A stretch of DNA of 64,000 nucleotides. Origin: Paraspadella gotoi. Its lineage: Eukaryota > Animalia > Chaetognatha. Every line of letters starts with the position of its first letter. The first letter of the stretch is position 1. This document shows positions 62,236-64,000 of this stretch, one piece after another. Below the pieces are notes generated by a model that was not told where the DNA came from, searched no databases, and was given only the letters and a program-made list of their open reading frames with translations. Both the position numbers and the translations under genes were made by a program. The stretch spans positions 27,034,631 to 27,098,630 of the forward strand of contig CM119263.1 of NCBI GenBank assembly GCA_051294375.1, given 5' to 3'.

Positions 62236-64000
62236 GTCATTTTCTACCACAAACAAATAACGTAACGAAATGAAAGAAAAAACAATATTTTTGTTATATT
62301 TTTTTAAAGGTTAGCAATTAGGTTAAGAGTGGTTAGGGATTAGGGGTGATTAGGGTTAAGGGTGGTTAGGGATTAAGGGTAGTTAGTGTTAGGGCAGATT
62401 TCAAAATGAAATTTGTAATAAAATATTTTTTTACCTTTACTAGGGAAAGAATCATAAAATTATTGAAAGATGATGATGATGATCAGTTTTTTTTAATTTT
62501 TATTGAAAAAATGTAAGAATTTTTAAAAGATATAATTATATTTCTTGTTTAACCTTTTATGCTTTATCAGAATCCATAAAAAAAATTTAAGATTTCAAAC
62601 TTGACGAAAAACAGTTTATATTTCATCAACGATTTTTTTTTTGACAATTTTAAAGTCGTACATGTCGTACAAATAAAAATCGTTGTTAATGAAATAAAAA
62701 CTGTTTTTCCTATATACCAAACACCGATAAGAAAGGTTTACAACAAAGATTTCAAACAATTTTTTTTATTTATAATATAAAATTTTAATGAGGCTCGTAC
62801 CCTCAGAAGAAAAAGTTTTTGACAAAATTTCTATACTTCGCTCATAATAAGCGGAAAAAAAAAAATCACCGACCGCAAATGTAAAAATTAGCTAAAATGG
62901 CCTTTCCCCGATCAAATAGGACTACAATTTCAGTCAAGCCTTCCGATTTCGCAGGATTAAAGCCCCTCCTAACCGGACCCAACCCCCCTAAAAGTTGAGG
63001 TAAAACAACTCGGCGGCAATAAAAGGCGCGCGGTTCTCCATCTCAAGCGGAATTGCTTTATTTCCTCGGAATTGCCGTATCGCGGCCATTGCGTTGCCAT
63101 AGCCACGCTGATTTTAAGTCTTTAAATGGGAAAATCGGGGTCAGGAAGGGGAAGCGGCCGACGCGCGGCCGGCGCAGGACCTCACGAAAAAAACGGCGAT
63201 AAAACGTCGCTTTATTCCCGCGCGGGCGCCGGCCGTCCCGAAGGGACCTCCCGCCCCGTCCGCCGGACGATTTATGCACTATCGAAATCGCTAAAGGTAA
63301 GGCGATCCGCGCGAGGTAAAAAAAAAAAGAACAATTCTTTTTCGGCGGTCGAATGTTTGTGACAAAATGTCTTTTCCGTTTTCCCCAGGCGATTGTCGTT
63401 AAGCGGTTTTATGCGGGACATTCGGGACGGGTGGGGAAGGCGGGAGCCGGGCTGGGGCCCTGCAGGAGGGCCAACGCATGTGCCAACCCGACTTTCTTTC
63501 GGTCCATGGATTCGTTTTAGCGGATCCAACAAAAAAAATCTAAAAAGATTTTTTTTTCTTCTTGGCTTTTGCGACTAAGGGCCGTTTCAACCCTTGACAC
63601 CTCGTGGCGGCAAAGTTCGGCCGGGCAGCCAAATGAGCTAAACAAAAAGCCAATTTCCAAGAAATTTTGCGGTGGCCGGCGGGGCCGCGCGACCCTGCCT
63701 CCAAGAACATTTCGCCCAATATTTTCGCGTTATTACTCAGTTTTATTTTTCGCCGTTTTGTGGCGGTTAGGAAATACTTAACCGTTTCTCAGCAGCTAGC
63801 TCACTTTACGGGTAGACTTATGCCGTTTCATTATATATAAAGAAAAACACGAGATATTATTAGTATTTGTAGTAAGTACACCTTTTATAAAATACAACAA
63901 TAACCCAAAAAAAATTAACAACAAACAGGGATTATAAAAAATATATTCTCCGCTTCTGCCCTCTGAGGAGGCAAGCGATCATCAATTCTTGTAAAAGAAA

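Overview
This is eukaryotic (most likely invertebrate animal) draft-genome DNA. It has AT-rich introns and intergenic DNA, many (AG)n/(CT)n microsatellites, six N gaps, and indel-rich stretches that look like uncorrected long-read gap fill. Most entries in the ORF track are therefore spurious or single exons. Spliced genes I can reconstruct: (1) a large low-complexity minus-strand gene running off the left edge (241-10487); (2) a frameshifted WSC ... Kazal x3 gene (12.3-15.1 kb, minus); (3) a 7-exon gene with an unusual ARM-like / RhoGEF DH-PH / TIR-like / SAM architecture (21074-29835, minus); (4) a mitochondrial dicarboxylate carrier (SLC25A10-like, 34850-36912, minus) followed by noisy copies that are probably artefactual; (5) an NK7 homeobox gene (49732-51993, plus); (6) two tandem TNF-superfamily ligand genes (53.3-60.1 kb, minus). 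Mobile DNA includes a hAT-type element, a tRNA-derived SINE (2 copies), a decayed LINE RT, a probable solo LTR, TTAA MITEs, DINE-1/Helentron-like elements and several Penelope-type minimal hammerhead motifs. The most striking observation is a 1.2-kb hAT-like element (26479-27682, 8-bp TSD) inserted in the DH-domain exon. Its TIR/TSD junctions create both a GT donor and a TAG acceptor, so splicing would restore the frame with two extra residues. This makes it a candidate Introner-type intron-generating transposon, and it also carries a sense-strand hammerhead ribozyme core. All domain calls are by-eye motif recognition; no database search was run.
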